Positions 9,278 through 19,239 of a DNA stretch of 64,000 nucleotides are shown piece by piece. Source of the DNA: Longimicrobiales bacterium (lineage in GTDB: Bacteria; Gemmatimonadota; Gemmatimonadetes; Longimicrobiales; Gaopeijiaceae). How positions within the stretch are numbered: position 1 is the first letter of the stretch; each line of letters starts with the position of its first letter. The stretch covers positions 1,440,001 through 1,504,000 of the forward strand of contig OZ241869.1 in the NCBI GenBank assembly GCA_965202805.1, read 5' to 3'. Position numbers and translations under genes: made by a program. The notes under the pieces are model-generated. The model was given only the letters and a program-made list of their open reading frames with translations, was not told where the DNA came from and ran no database searches.

Positions 9278-10528
9278 ATGAGAAGCCGACCCGCCCGCAG
9301 CCATCGCATCCTGCCCTTCGCCTCCGTCATGACGCTGGGATTGTTCGCATGCGCCGAGGATGACGCTGCGGTACCGGCCGGGGCCGTCCCCGGGTACCAA
9401 CTCGGCGAGCCCGAAGTGGTTTCCGGGGACTTCGCGTCCGTGAACGGCTTCCGCACGCGTCCCGACGGCAGCCTCCTGGTAGCCGATGCAACAGGCGGGG
9501 AGCTTGTGCTTCTCGATCCGGAGCTGGGAACGCGGACGGTGGTGGGAGGCCGGGGCGAGGGTCCCGGAGAGTACCAGGCGCCGAGCCGTATCTGGGCTCT
9601 TCCCGGGGATTCGACGCTGCTGCTGGATATCGGCAACAACCGTCTCACCGTGCTGACGCCCGATCTGTCGTTCGGCGCGACGCGACCGATGTTCGAGATG
9701 GACCCCGAAGGCGGAATCCTGCTGGTGAACCCGCAGGTGATCGACGGCTCCGGGCGCATGTATACCACACGCGGGTTCTCGATGAACCTCGGCAATCCGG
9801 GTGCCGGGGATGGATCCGGTTCCGATTCCACCGCCGTCGTGCGGGCGACGCTCGATGACCTGACGCCGGACACGGTGGCCCGACTCGCGGCCAGGTCCAC
9901 CTCGCGGATCGAGGTGAGAAGCAACCGGGGCAACGGGATGGCCAGGATCCAGGGAACTCCCTATTCGTCTTCCGACAGTTGGGGCGTCGCCCCGGACGGA
10001 AGCGTGGTCGTCGCGCGGACGGCGGATTATCGCCTGGAGTGGATCTCCTCCGACGGATCCGTCCGCAGCGGGGCGCCGGTCGCATGGGACGCGGTCCCGG
10101 TGGGCCAGGCCGAAAAGGAGGCGTGGGTCCGGGAGCAGAGTAGCCGGTCCGTCCAGACCGCGACCTTCATGACGGGCGGCGGGGGCGGAGTTTCCCCGAG
10201 TTCCGGGATTGGGGGCGCCGCCGCCCGCAGCATGAGCTTCGGCGGCGGAAGCGACGATGTCGACGACTACGAATGGCCGGAGACGCTGCCCCCGTTCACG
10301 GGGAGCATTCTGATCGATCCGGAGGGCCGCGCCTGGCTGCGCCGTCACCAACCCGTCGGCGCGCCCTTCCTGTACGATGTCTTCACCGCCGACGCCGAGC
10401 ACGCCGGCACGGTGGAGATCGCAGAAGGGCATACCGTCAGGGGGTTCGGCGACGGCGTCGTCTACGCGACCTTCAGGGACGAGGTCGACCTCGTGTACAT
10501 TGGACGGTATCGCCTCCCGGAGATGTAG
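9278..10528 (+). CDS. 6-bladed beta-propeller (NHL-like) lipoprotein
   Basis: Lipobox LFAC; GGRGEGPGEYQ motif; DPEGRAWL near the C-terminus. Start moved to ATG 9278 (uncertain). Confidence 0.8.
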   Translation: MRSRPARSHRILPFASVMTLGLFACAEDDAAVPAGAVPGYQLGEPEVVSGDFASVNGFRTRPDGSLLVADATGGELVLLDPELGTRTVVGGRGEGPGEYQAPSRIWALPGDSTLLLDIGNNRLTVLTPDLSFGATRPMFEMDPEGGILLVNPQVIDGSGRMYTTRGFSMNLGNPGAGDGSGSDSTAVVRATLDDLTPDTVARLAARSTSRIEVRSNRGNGMARIQGTPYSSSDSWGVAPDGSVVVARTADYRLEWISSDGSVRSGAPVAWDAVPVGQAEKEAWVREQSSRSVQTATFMTGGGGGVSPSSGIGGAAARSMSFGGGSDDVDDYEWPETLPPFTGSILIDPEGRAWLRRHQPVGAPFLYDVFTADAEHAGTVEIAEGHTVRGFGDGVVYATFRDEVDLVYIGRYRLPEM

Positions 10529-10596
10529 CTGTTCGGCCTCGGGAGCGCCCTTTCGGCCGGCGACCGCCCCATCTGCCTCCCCAACCCGACGCTGAC

Positions 10597-11169
10597 ATGT
10601 CCGACCTGACCTCCCTCGCGGAGCTGATTTCCCGGCGCCGCTCCATCAAGCAGTTCACCGGCCGCGCTCCCTCCCGGGAGGAAATCGAGGGGCTGCTCGA
10701 ACTGGTCGCGCAGGCGCCCAACCATCGCATGACCCAGCCCTGGCGCTTCCACGTGCTGGGCCCGGCCGCCCGGCGCGGCTACGGGGCGGCGCTGGGGGCG
10801 CGCAAGGCCAAGCGGGTCGCCGACCCGGACGCGGCCCGGGAGGTCGTGGAGAGCGTGGCCGCCCGCCACGAGGCGCTGCCCGCGATGATCGCCGTCGCCG
10901 TGGTGGTGCACGAAAACCCCGAGATCCGGGAAGAGGACTACGCCGCGACCTGGATGGGCATCCAGAACCTGGCGCTGGCCGCCGAGGCGGCGGGGCTGGG
11001 CACGCACATCAAGACCGGCGCGGTCATGGACGATCCCCGCTCCCGGGCGGCCGTCGGGCTTCCCGACGACGAACGCATCGTGGCCATCGTCAACCTGGGC
11101 GAACCGGCGGCCGTCCCGGACCCCAAACCCCGGGTTCCCGCCGCCGACCTGACCACCTGGGTGGACTGA
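10597..11169 (+). CDS. Nitroreductase family protein (YdjA-like)
   Basis: RRSIKQF, APNHRMTQPWRF, QNLALAAEAAGLG. Start moved to ATG 10597. Confidence 0.9.
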   Translation: MSDLTSLAELISRRRSIKQFTGRAPSREEIEGLLELVAQAPNHRMTQPWRFHVLGPAARRGYGAALGARKAKRVADPDAAREVVESVAARHEALPAMIAVAVVVHENPEIREEDYAATWMGIQNLALAAEAAGLGTHIKTGAVMDDPRSRAAVGLPDDERIVAIVNLGEPAAVPDPKPRVPAADLTTWVD

Positions 11170-11280
11170 GCGGCCGGCCGGGACCCGCGCCGCATCGGAC
11201 CGGCGCGCCCGGAGGCCCGCTCCCGGGGCAAGCCTTCGGCGGGCAGCCCCGATTCTGACAAATCCCTTGCACCCGGGTCG

Positions 11281-11314
11281 TTGAGCGGGGCTGCCGTGCC
11301 GATATCTTCAAGGC
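11281..11314 (+). promoter_or_regulatory. Putative sigma70-type promoter giving a leaderless transcript of the histidine kinase
   Basis: TTGAGC (11281), 16 bp, TATCTT (11303-11308), 6 bp, ATG 11315; no obvious Shine-Dalgarno. Confidence 0.45.
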
Positions 11315-12952
11315 ATGGCACGGCATCGCATGGCGACCCGCCCCCGCCGGCTGGTCACGTTCACGCTCCTCGGCCTCACCGGGGCCCTGACCGCCGTCCT
11401 CGGCTATGAAGCCTGGGACGGCAGCCGCTCGAGCATGCAGCTGGCCCGGGAGATCGTTCACGATCATGCCCTGTTCGCCGCTTCCAACTTCGCCATCGAG
11501 GCTCGCGGCGAGGTTACGTTCGAGTTGCTGGAGGAAGGGATCGAGGTAATCGACTGGAGCCTGGGGCGCCGTGGCGATCGCCCGCTGACCATGGGTGGCC
11601 TGCGCGGGGCGGCGCGAGCGCAGAGATGGGACGGGATGGATCAGGTGTCGCTGTTCTTCCGGCTCGGTCCCGACGAGGGCGATGTCTCGGTTGCGGGACC
11701 GGCGGATTCCGCCGAGGTGGCGTGGGCCCTGCGCGAGGCGCGGGAACACAACCGCCGGAACCCCGATGATGACGGCCTGCGAACGCTGTTCGCCCCGGGA
11801 GGAGGCAGCGTGCTGGTGCACCAGCTCGTCTACGAGGGCCGGGGGGAGTACGCGCTGCAGGGAATGATCCTGTCCCCGAAAGCGTTCGGCCCCGCGTTCG
11901 AGCGCGCGTTTGTCGACGAGCCCCTCCTTCCGGAAGCCTTCTCGGGGGGGCGCCCCAACGGGGACATCTTCGTGGCCCGCGTACTGGATCCCCATGGCAA
12001 CGTCGTCTACGAATCGTCCTCCGACCCGCACTCGGAAGGCGCCGTACGGCAGGACCTGGACGAGAGCCTCGGCGGGATGGTGCTGGAACTCGACGTGCGC
12101 GCGGAGGCCATCGGTCAACTGGTGAGCGGCGGGGTCCCGCGGTCGCGCATGCCCGACATCGTCGCGCTGCTCCTCCTCACCTCCGGTCTTCTGGTAACGG
12201 CGGTGTGGCAACTTCGTCGCGAGGCGGAGCTGGCCGACCTGCGGGAAGACTTCGTGTCCAGCGTATCCCATCAGCTGCGCACGCCCCTCACCCAGATCAG
12301 GATGTTCGGCGAGACGCTGATGCTGGGCCGGGTGCGGAACAGGGCGGAGCGGTCGCGGGCGACGGAGATCATCGTGGACGAGGCGAACCGGCTGACGCAC
12401 CAGGTCGAGAACGTCCTGCTCTTTTCCCGGGGCGAGCGGGACGCGCTGAACCTGAACCTCGCCGAGGCGGACGCGGGTGCACTGGTGGAGCGTGTGGCGG
12501 AGGGCTTCGAGCCGCTGGCGCGGGCCGCGGATGCGACCATCGAGCGACGCATCGAGACCGGCATCGTCTGCACCATGGACGTCGAAGCGACTCGCCAGGC
12601 CGTGCTCAACCTGCTCGACAACGCGGTCAAGTACGGACCGGCGGGGCAGACGATCGTGGTCGGCGTGCAGCGCGCACGCGGTGAGGAAAACCCCTTCGCG
12701 ACGATCCGGGTGGAGGACGAGGGGCCGGGAGTACCCCCGGGTCAGCGGGATCGGGTCTGGGACGCCTACGTGCGTCTCGACCGCGACCGCGCCTCCGCGA
12801 CCGCGGGCTCCGGCATCGGCCTGGCAGTGGTTCGCAGGGTGATCGAGGCGCAGGGAGGAAGGGTGCGCGTCGAGAGAGGCGGAACGACCCCGGGTTCCGG
12901 CGCCCGGTTCATCATCGAGCTGCCGCTGGCCGGCGCGCCACGGGAGGCTTGA
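11315..12952 (+). CDS. Membrane sensor histidine kinase (HisKA + HATPase_c)
   Basis: Two TM segments; H-box VSHQLRTPLT; N-box NLLDNAVKY; DEGPG; GSGIGL. Confidence 0.95.
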   Translation: MARHRMATRPRRLVTFTLLGLTGALTAVLGYEAWDGSRSSMQLAREIVHDHALFAASNFAIEARGEVTFELLEEGIEVIDWSLGRRGDRPLTMGGLRGAARAQRWDGMDQVSLFFRLGPDEGDVSVAGPADSAEVAWALREAREHNRRNPDDDGLRTLFAPGGGSVLVHQLVYEGRGEYALQGMILSPKAFGPAFERAFVDEPLLPEAFSGGRPNGDIFVARVLDPHGNVVYESSSDPHSEGAVRQDLDESLGGMVLELDVRAEAIGQLVSGGVPRSRMPDIVALLLLTSGLLVTAVWQLRREAELADLREDFVSSVSHQLRTPLTQIRMFGETLMLGRVRNRAERSRATEIIVDEANRLTHQVENVLLFSRGERDALNLNLAEADAGALVERVAEGFEPLARAADATIERRIETGIVCTMDVEATRQAVLNLLDNAVKYGPAGQTIVVGVQRARGEENPFATIRVEDEGPGVPPGQRDRVWDAYVRLDRDRASATAGSGIGLAVVRRVIEAQGGRVRVERGGTTPGSGARFIIELPLAGAPREA

Positions 12953-12953
12953 A

Positions 12954-13634
12954 GTGGCGCGGATCCTGATCGTCGAGGACAACGCCCGGCTGGCGTACGG
13001 TCTCCGCAACAACCTCGAGATCGACGGTCACGTGGTGGATGTGGCGGAGGACGGGCCACAGGGTCTGGAGGCCGTGGCCTCGGGAGAGCCCGACCTCGTG
13101 ATCCTCGACCTCATGCTGCCGGGGATGAACGGCTACCAGGTGCTCCGCTCCCTCCGCGACCAGGGAAGCGGCGTCCCCGTGCTGATCCTGACCGCCAGGG
13201 GCGAAGAGGCGGACAAGGTGATGGGGTTTCGCCTGGGCGCGGACGACTACGTCACCAAGCCCTTCGGAGTCCTGGAACTCCTCGCGCGCGTAACCGCGAT
13301 TCTGCGAAGAGCGGGGCGCGACGGGCAGCCGAACCAGGTGGAGACCTTCGGCAGCGTCGAGATCCGCCTCGAGCAGCGGTCGGTCCTGCGCGACGGCCGG
13401 GAGGTGCAGCTCACCCCGAAGGAGTTCGATCTCCTGGTTGCGCTGGTGCGGCGGCGCGGCGCGGTGGCGACCCGGACAGCGCTCATGAAGGAGGTATGGG
13501 GTCATCGCGCGGCCATCGTCAGCCGGACCGTCGACACGCACATCGCCGAGCTCCGTCGCAAGCTGGAAGAACATCCGGGCGAGCCCCATCACATCCTGAC
13601 CGTCCACCGATCCGGATACAGGCTCAGGAGTTAG
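12954..13634 (+). CDS. OmpR/PhoB-family response regulator
   Basis: ILIVED, LDLMLP, GADDYVTKPF, winged-helix LTPKEFDLL and RTVDTHIAELRRKLE. Confidence 0.95.
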   Translation: MARILIVEDNARLAYGLRNNLEIDGHVVDVAEDGPQGLEAVASGEPDLVILDLMLPGMNGYQVLRSLRDQGSGVPVLILTARGEEADKVMGFRLGADDYVTKPFGVLELLARVTAILRRAGRDGQPNQVETFGSVEIRLEQRSVLRDGREVQLTPKEFDLLVALVRRRGAVATRTALMKEVWGHRAAIVSRTVDTHIAELRRKLEEHPGEPHHILTVHRSGYRLRS

Positions 13635-13640
13635 CGGAGA

Positions 13641-13709
13641 CTGACATTTACTGATATCTACCGATAATATACGACATACCGGTGACAACCTGCTGACCCG
13701 GCACCGACC
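13641..13709 (+). promoter_or_regulatory. Phased array of seven YGAYM half-sites at 10-11 bp spacing; candidate OmpR-family operator
   Basis: TGACA 13642, TGATA 13652, CGATA 13662, CGACA 13672, TGACA 13683, TGACC 13694, CGACC 13705. Confidence 0.6.
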
Positions 13710-13796
13710 AATCGCCTCGCCGAGAGGTGATCTTGAGATGTCTGGCGAACAGCAGGCCCTGCGGCGCCGGGACACCAGACACCCTGGAGGCACGAC

Positions 13797-14621
13797 ATGA
13801 AACACGACGACACTGGATTGGGACGAGTCCTGACGAGGCGCGAGGCACTCGCCGCCCTCGGTTTGGGGGGTGGGGCGCTGGCCACGGGCCGGTGGGCCTT
13901 CGGGATGGGCTCGGACGCGGCGCCCGCCGCCCGTCCGGGCGAGATCGCACAAGCGCTGCCGGCGTGCGTGGTGCGGCCGGAACAGACCGAAGGGCCGTTC
14001 TTCGTCGACATGCAACTCGACCGCTCCGACATCCGGTCCGATCCGTCGACCGGCGCCGTGAGCGAGGGCGCGCCGCTGACGCTCGGGTTCAACGTGTCGC
14101 AGCTCTCGGGCGGCGCCTGCACGGTGCTGGCCGGCGCGCTGGTCGACGTGTGGCAGTGCGACGCGGCGGGTGTGTACTGGGGCGTCGACGACGACGAGGC
14201 CCCCGCCGGAGCGAAGGAACGCCAATTCCTGCGGGGCCACCAGCGCACGGACGAGAACGGCGTGGCGCGCTTCACCACGATCTTCCCGGGCTGGTACCGC
14301 GGACGGGCGGTTCACGTGCACTTCAAGGTGCGCACCGACGTGGCCGGGCAACCGTACGAGTTCACCTCGCAGCTCTACTTCGACGAGGCGCTCATCGACC
14401 AGGTGCACGCTCAGGCGCCTTATGCTGCGCGGGGACGGCGCGCCATGACCAACGCCGACGACCGGACCTTCCGCAACGGGGGCGAAAGCCTCATGCCCCG
14501 GGTGAGCGAGACCGGTGCGGGATACGCCGCGACCTTCGACCTCGGGCTCGATCTCACGGATGCGGCCACCGGCCGGCCCGATGGCGGCGGGGGCAGGCGA
14601 CGGGGACCGGTCTTCGTCTGA
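13797..14621 (+). CDS. Tat-exported intradiol ring-cleavage dioxygenase-like protein
   Basis: Twin-arginine LTRREAL; TEGPFF, VDVWQCDAAGVY, PGWYRGRAVHVH, TSQLYF; GGAGG RBS. Confidence 0.9.
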   Translation: MKHDDTGLGRVLTRREALAALGLGGGALATGRWAFGMGSDAAPAARPGEIAQALPACVVRPEQTEGPFFVDMQLDRSDIRSDPSTGAVSEGAPLTLGFNVSQLSGGACTVLAGALVDVWQCDAAGVYWGVDDDEAPAGAKERQFLRGHQRTDENGVARFTTIFPGWYRGRAVHVHFKVRTDVAGQPYEFTSQLYFDEALIDQVHAQAPYAARGRRAMTNADDRTFRNGGESLMPRVSETGAGYAATFDLGLDLTDAATGRPDGGGGRRRGPVFV

Positions 14622-15928
14622 TGCCCATGGAACTCCGCGGGGCGGCGTGGCTGTTGCTGGCCGTGGCGACGTCGCTGATTCCCTCGAAGGCGAGCGCGCA
14701 GCAGCCGGCGCCCGACGGCGGTCCGGAGGATGCCCTCCTGCGCGTCTTCCTGGACTGCGACCCTTGGATGTGCGACTTCGACCACTTCCGCCGGGAGGTC
14801 TCGTTCGTGAACTACGTCCGGGACAGGGCCGACGCGCAGCTCCACGTGCTGGTTACCTCGCAGGAGACGGCGGCCGGGGGCGAGGCCTACGAGATGTTCT
14901 TCATGGGACTCGAGGAGCGGGCCGGGCAGCAGGACACGCTCCGCTTCGTCTCGCAGGAGAGCGACACGGACGAGGAGCAGCGGGCCGGACTTACGCAGAC
15001 CTTCAAGCTGGGCCTCGTCCGGTACGCGGCGCCCACGTCCGCCGGTCCGCTGCTCGACATCCGCTACGAGGCACCCGTCCAGGCTCGGCAGCAGGCCTCC
15101 GCCGAGACGGATCCCTGGAACCTGTGGGTGTTCAGCATCCGGGCCGGTGCCGAGCTCGATGGCGAGAGCCGCGAGAGTTCGCAGGCGTTCGACGGGTCGT
15201 TCTCCGCCAGCCGCACGACCGAGGACCTCAAGATCGACATCAGTTCGTACGCCGAATACGAGGAGGAGGAGTTCGAGCTGAACGAGGGCGAGGTGCTCGT
15301 GAGCACGGCGCGCAACATCAACCACGAAGGCCTCGTCGTCTGGAGCATCGGGCCGAACTGGTCCGCCGGCGTCCGCGCGTCCGTCCTCACGTCGACCAGA
15401 GTCAACCAGGACCTGGCGCTTCGAGCGGCCCCCGCACTGCAGTACAGCATCTTCCCCTACGCCGAGTCGACGCGGAGGCAGATCACGTTCCTGTACTCGC
15501 TGGGATTGGCCTCCTTCGACTACGAGGAGGTGACGCTCTTCGACAAGACCGGGGAGACCCATGCCGAGCAGCGAATGGAGGTGTCAGCCGAGTTCCAGCA
15601 GCCCTGGGGAGAGATCAACAGCGCCCTCGAGGCCTCCATGTTCGTCCATGACCCCTCGCTGCACCGGATCGACCTGTTCGCGCGCGTCGAGTACCGGATC
15701 CTGAGAGGTCTGAACCTGGACCTGGAGGGAAGGGTGGCCCGGGTAAAGGACCAGATCTATCTGAGCCGCGAGGGCATTCCCGATGAGGAAATCCTCCTGG
15801 AACGCCGCCAGCTGGGAACCGACTTCGAGTACGAGCTGGAGATCGGGTTCAGCTTCACATTCGGGTCTGTCTTCAACAACGTGGTCAACCCGCGCATGGG
15901 GTCGAACCGGGGACGCAGGTTCTTCTAG
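14621..15928 (+). CDS. Hypothetical secreted protein, probable outer-membrane beta-barrel
   Basis: ATG overlaps the upstream TGA; signal peptide ending ASA-Q; alternating beta-strand pattern; C-terminal FGSVFNNVVNPR. Confidence 0.7.
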   Translation: MPMELRGAAWLLLAVATSLIPSKASAQQPAPDGGPEDALLRVFLDCDPWMCDFDHFRREVSFVNYVRDRADAQLHVLVTSQETAAGGEAYEMFFMGLEERAGQQDTLRFVSQESDTDEEQRAGLTQTFKLGLVRYAAPTSAGPLLDIRYEAPVQARQQASAETDPWNLWVFSIRAGAELDGESRESSQAFDGSFSASRTTEDLKIDISSYAEYEEEEFELNEGEVLVSTARNINHEGLVVWSIGPNWSAGVRASVLTSTRVNQDLALRAAPALQYSIFPYAESTRRQITFLYSLGLASFDYEEVTLFDKTGETHAEQRMEVSAEFQQPWGEINSALEASMFVHDPSLHRIDLFARVEYRILRGLNLDLEGRVARVKDQIYLSREGIPDEEILLERRQLGTDFEYELEIGFSFTFGSVFNNVVNPRMGSNRGRRFF

Positions 15929-15948
15929 GTGATCCGTTTCGTGAGAGG

Positions 15949-17364
15949 CTACCGCAGCACCGGCCTCCCGGCGCGCGTGCCCAGGTACTCGCCGCCCTCG
16001 ATGGTGAGCACGCCGTTGACGAACACGTACTCGATGCCGCCCGAGGGAACCGCCGCGTTGGTGTAGTCCCCGCGGTCGATGACCGTCTCCGGGTCGAACA
16101 CGGTGATGTCGGCGTCGGCTCCCACCCGGATGCGACCCTTGTTCGCCATCATGGGCACGTAGCGCTCCAGGCGTCGCGCCGGCTCGATGGTCATCTTGCG
16201 GAGCGCTTCCATCAGGGTCATGACCCCGTCCTCGCGCACGTACCTGCCGAGCACCCTGGAGAACGACCCGGTCGAGCGCGGATGGCTCACCTGCGCGCCC
16301 CCGTCGCTCGCCACCATGGTCAGCGGGCTCGCGACCGCCGTGAGCGTCATCTCCTCCGTGCGCACGTGGCTGATGACGCTGCCGCCCTGCGCCCGGTAGC
16401 GGCCGAAGCTCTCGCGCGTCAGCCGCTCGCCGGTGGCGCCCCACTGGAAGACGGTGAAGCGCTGGTCGTCCCATCCCTCCCAATCGTCGTAGAGGGCGGA
16501 CTCGATTCGGCTCTGGCTGGCGCCGTAGGGATAGGCTTCGGTGGTCACGTCGCTGCCGGCGTCGATGGCCTCCTGCACCACCGCGAGGAACTCTGCGGTG
16601 GCGGCGCCGCCGGTGGAGTTGGCGTGCACGATATGGAGCGGCGCTCCGGCCTGCGCAGCCAGGTCGATGGCGTAGTGGGCGCCGTCGGGCCAGCCGTACG
16701 TGTGCACGTGCGCGGACGCCCCCACCTCGCCCGCGACGGACATCGCGGCGAGAAGTTCGTCGTCGGTGGCGGCCGGCGTGTAGGGAAACCCGAATCCCAC
16801 CGCGGGCGCGCCCTGCTCCAGTCCCTCGCGGATGCGGCGCGCGATCTCGTCGATCTGCTCGGGCGTGGCGAGGTCGTCCTTGCCGGCGTCGGCGGGCAGG
16901 AAGTCGCCCGTGTCGCCCATGACCCGCATGCGCACGGGGATGTGCCCGATGCTCGCGCCGTAGTTCACGGGCTGGCCGCCCTCGCGTTCGGCGTAGAACG
17001 TGGCGACGTCCCCGGTGCCGACCTCGAGCTCCAGGCCGGTGGTCACCCCGTCGTGGGCCATGAAACGGTAGTTCTCGTCCGACTGGCCGTGCTGGTGCAG
17101 GTCGACGAAGCCGGGCGCGACCACCAGGCCGGAGGCGTCGATGACCCGGGCGCCTGCCAGCGGGTCCTCCGAGATCGCCTCGATGCGGTCGCCGGTGATG
17201 CCGACGTTGAGCGTCGCATCGGTACCCGATTCCGGATCCATGACCCGGCCTCCGGAGAGCACGACGTCGTAGGAGGGCGTGGCCTCCGCGCATGCGCCCG
17301 CCGCCAGGGCCAGGGCGAGCGACGCCGCAGGCATCTTCCCGAACATTTCTCTCGTTGCGCACAT
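15949..17364 (-). CDS. Amidohydrolase, N-acyl-D-amino-acid deacylase family (probable lipoprotein)
   Basis: GLVVAPGFVDLHQH, HPRSTGSFSRVLG, GRIRVGADADITVFD. Start moved to ATG 17364 (AAGGAG RBS). Confidence 0.88.
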   Translation of the reverse strand: MCATREMFGKMPAASLALALAAGACAEATPSYDVVLSGGRVMDPESGTDATLNVGITGDRIEAISEDPLAGARVIDASGLVVAPGFVDLHQHGQSDENYRFMAHDGVTTGLELEVGTGDVATFYAEREGGQPVNYGASIGHIPVRMRVMGDTGDFLPADAGKDDLATPEQIDEIARRIREGLEQGAPAVGFGFPYTPAATDDELLAAMSVAGEVGASAHVHTYGWPDGAHYAIDLAAQAGAPLHIVHANSTGGAATAEFLAVVQEAIDAGSDVTTEAYPYGASQSRIESALYDDWEGWDDQRFTVFQWGATGERLTRESFGRYRAQGGSVISHVRTEEMTLTAVASPLTMVASDGGAQVSHPRSTGSFSRVLGRYVREDGVMTLMEALRKMTIEPARRLERYVPMMANKGRIRVGADADITVFDPETVIDRGDYTNAAVPSGGIEYVFVNGVLTIEGGEYLGTRAGRPVLR

Positions 17365-17574
17365 CTCTGGTGCTCCTTCGCCGGGTTTGTCGACTTTGGG
17401 GTGGTTACACCCAGCCGTCCCCTGGAACATACGGAGAGGATCCGGCTGAGACAGGCTCGGCCGGTCGGGGGCACGTCTTCGTCGTGCGGGCCGCGAGGAA
17501 CAGACTTTGACGAAGCGGATGCATCCGAAGCACTATTCCGGGTCCGATCGCGCGTCCGCCGGAAGGAGTCCGTC

Positions 17575-19239
17575 ATGACAATCCAGTCCCCCCTTCCCTC
17601 TCTTGCGTCGCTGCTGCTCCTCGCCGGCGTGGCTGCCGCATGTTCGCAGCCGGCGTCGGAAGCGGACCCGCGCGTCGACGAGATCTTCGCCCAGTGGGAC
17701 TCGGCGGAGAGTCCCGGGTGCGCGCTTTCGGTGGTCGAGGGCGGGAGCATGCTGCTCTCGCGGGCGTGGGGCATGGCGGATCTCGAACACGGCATCCCCA
17801 ACACCCCGTCGACCATCTTCGAGGGAGGATCGCTGGCGAAGCAGTTCACCTCGGCGGCGGTGGTGCTGCTGGCGCTCGACGGCAAGCTGTCCCTCGACGA
17901 CGACGTGCGCACCCATATCCCGGAGGTGCGCGACTACGGCGAACCGGTCACGCTGCGCCGCCTCATGACCCACACCAGCGGCATGCGCGACTGGGGCTCG
18001 GTGGCGTCGATCTCCGGCTGGGGGCGGGGGGAGCGCTCGCACCGGCATGCGCACGTACTCGACATCGTGAGCCGTCAGAGCGCGCTCAACTTCGTGCCCG
18101 GCCACGAATACTCGTACAGCAACACCGGGTACAACCTGCTCGCGGTGGTCGTGGACCGGGTGAGCGGGATGCCCTTCGCGGAGTTTTCCCGCGAGCGCAT
18201 CTTCGAGCCCCTGGGGATGAGCGATACGCAGTGGCGGGACGACTACCGGCGCCTGGTTCCGCGGCGCAGCACGGCCTACTCCGCCGCCGAGGACGGTTTC
18301 CTGATCAATCGCCCCATCGAGTACGTGCACGGGAACGGAGGCATCCTGAGCACGGTCGGCGACCTGCAGGTCTGGAACGCGGCGCTCACCGACGGGCGCC
18401 TGGGCGGCGATGAGTTCGTGCGCATGATGCACGACCGGGCCGTCCTCAACGACGGGCGTACGATCTCCTACGCCGGGGGTCTCCAGCTGCGCGACTTCGC
18501 GGGCGTGCCCTCGATCACCCACACCGGGTCGACCGCCGGGTACCGGGGCTTCATCGGGCGCTATCCCGACCAGCAGCTCTCGATCGCGATCCTGTGCAAC
18601 GTGGGCAACGCCAACCCCGGGGCGCTGGGCGGGCAGGTGGCGCGCGTGTTCCTGGGTGACGCAGCCTCTCCCGACCCGGAACCGGGCGAAGGGATGTCGC
18701 TTTCGGCCGGCGAGCTGGAGGCGAAGGCCGGGCTCTACCGCGAAGTGGACACCGGCGACCCGCTGCGCATCACCCTGGAGGACGGCGCGCTGCGGGTCGG
18801 GAACCAGCGCCTGGTCGCCCAGTCGGCGAGCGAGTTCCAGGTGGGGGCGAGCGAGCGCCGTCTCGTCTTCGGGGATGCAAGCGGCGGCGGACGGGCCGGC
18901 ATCGACGAGTACACCGGGGAGTACTACGACAACACCTACGAACCGGTTGACGAGTTCGCGCCGGCTTCCGGGCAGCTCGATGCCTATACGGGCACCTTTC
19001 ACAGCGCCGACGCCGAGACGACCTTGATGGTGGCCGTGGAGGATGGTCGCCTGGTGGCGAAGCGCAGGCCGGATGCAGTCTTCGAACTGGAGCCCGTCTA
19101 CCAGGACGCGTTCGATGCCGGCGGCCTCGGGCGCATCCGCTTCGACCTGGGCGCCGACGGACGCGCGGAAGCCTTCGGTATCCGGCAGGGACGCGTCTAC
19201 GACATGCGATTCCAGCGAGTCGCCGACTCTGGAGAATGA
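17575..19239 (+). CDS. Serine hydrolase, beta-lactamase/D-aminopeptidase family lipoprotein
   Basis: Lipobox AAAC; SLAK (SxxK), YSN, HTG. Start ATG 17575 with AAGGAG RBS. Confidence 0.92.
   Translation: MTIQSPLPSLASLLLLAGVAAACSQPASEADPRVDEIFAQWDSAESPGCALSVVEGGSMLLSRAWGMADLEHGIPNTPSTIFEGGSLAKQFTSAAVVLLALDGKLSLDDDVRTHIPEVRDYGEPVTLRRLMTHTSGMRDWGSVASISGWGRGERSHRHAHVLDIVSRQSALNFVPGHEYSYSNTGYNLLAVVVDRVSGMPFAEFSRERIFEPLGMSDTQWRDDYRRLVPRRSTAYSAAEDGFLINRPIEYVHGNGGILSTVGDLQVWNAALTDGRLGGDEFVRMMHDRAVLNDGRTISYAGGLQLRDFAGVPSITHTGSTAGYRGFIGRYPDQQLSIAILCNVGNANPGALGGQVARVFLGDAASPDPEPGEGMSLSAGELEAKAGLYREVDTGDPLRITLEDGALRVGNQRLVAQSASEFQVGASERRLVFGDASGGGRAGIDEYTGEYYDNTYEPVDEFAPASGQLDAYTGTFHSADAETTLMVAVEDGRLVAKRRPDAVFELEPVYQDAFDAGGLGRIRFDLGADGRAEAFGIRQGRVYDMRFQRVADSGE

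Noticed and set aside
16282..17574. N-terminal extension making a 985-aa hydrolase, and the 733-aa ORF from 13727
   Set aside because: The extensions overlap real genes; signal peptides begin at 17575 and 14621.
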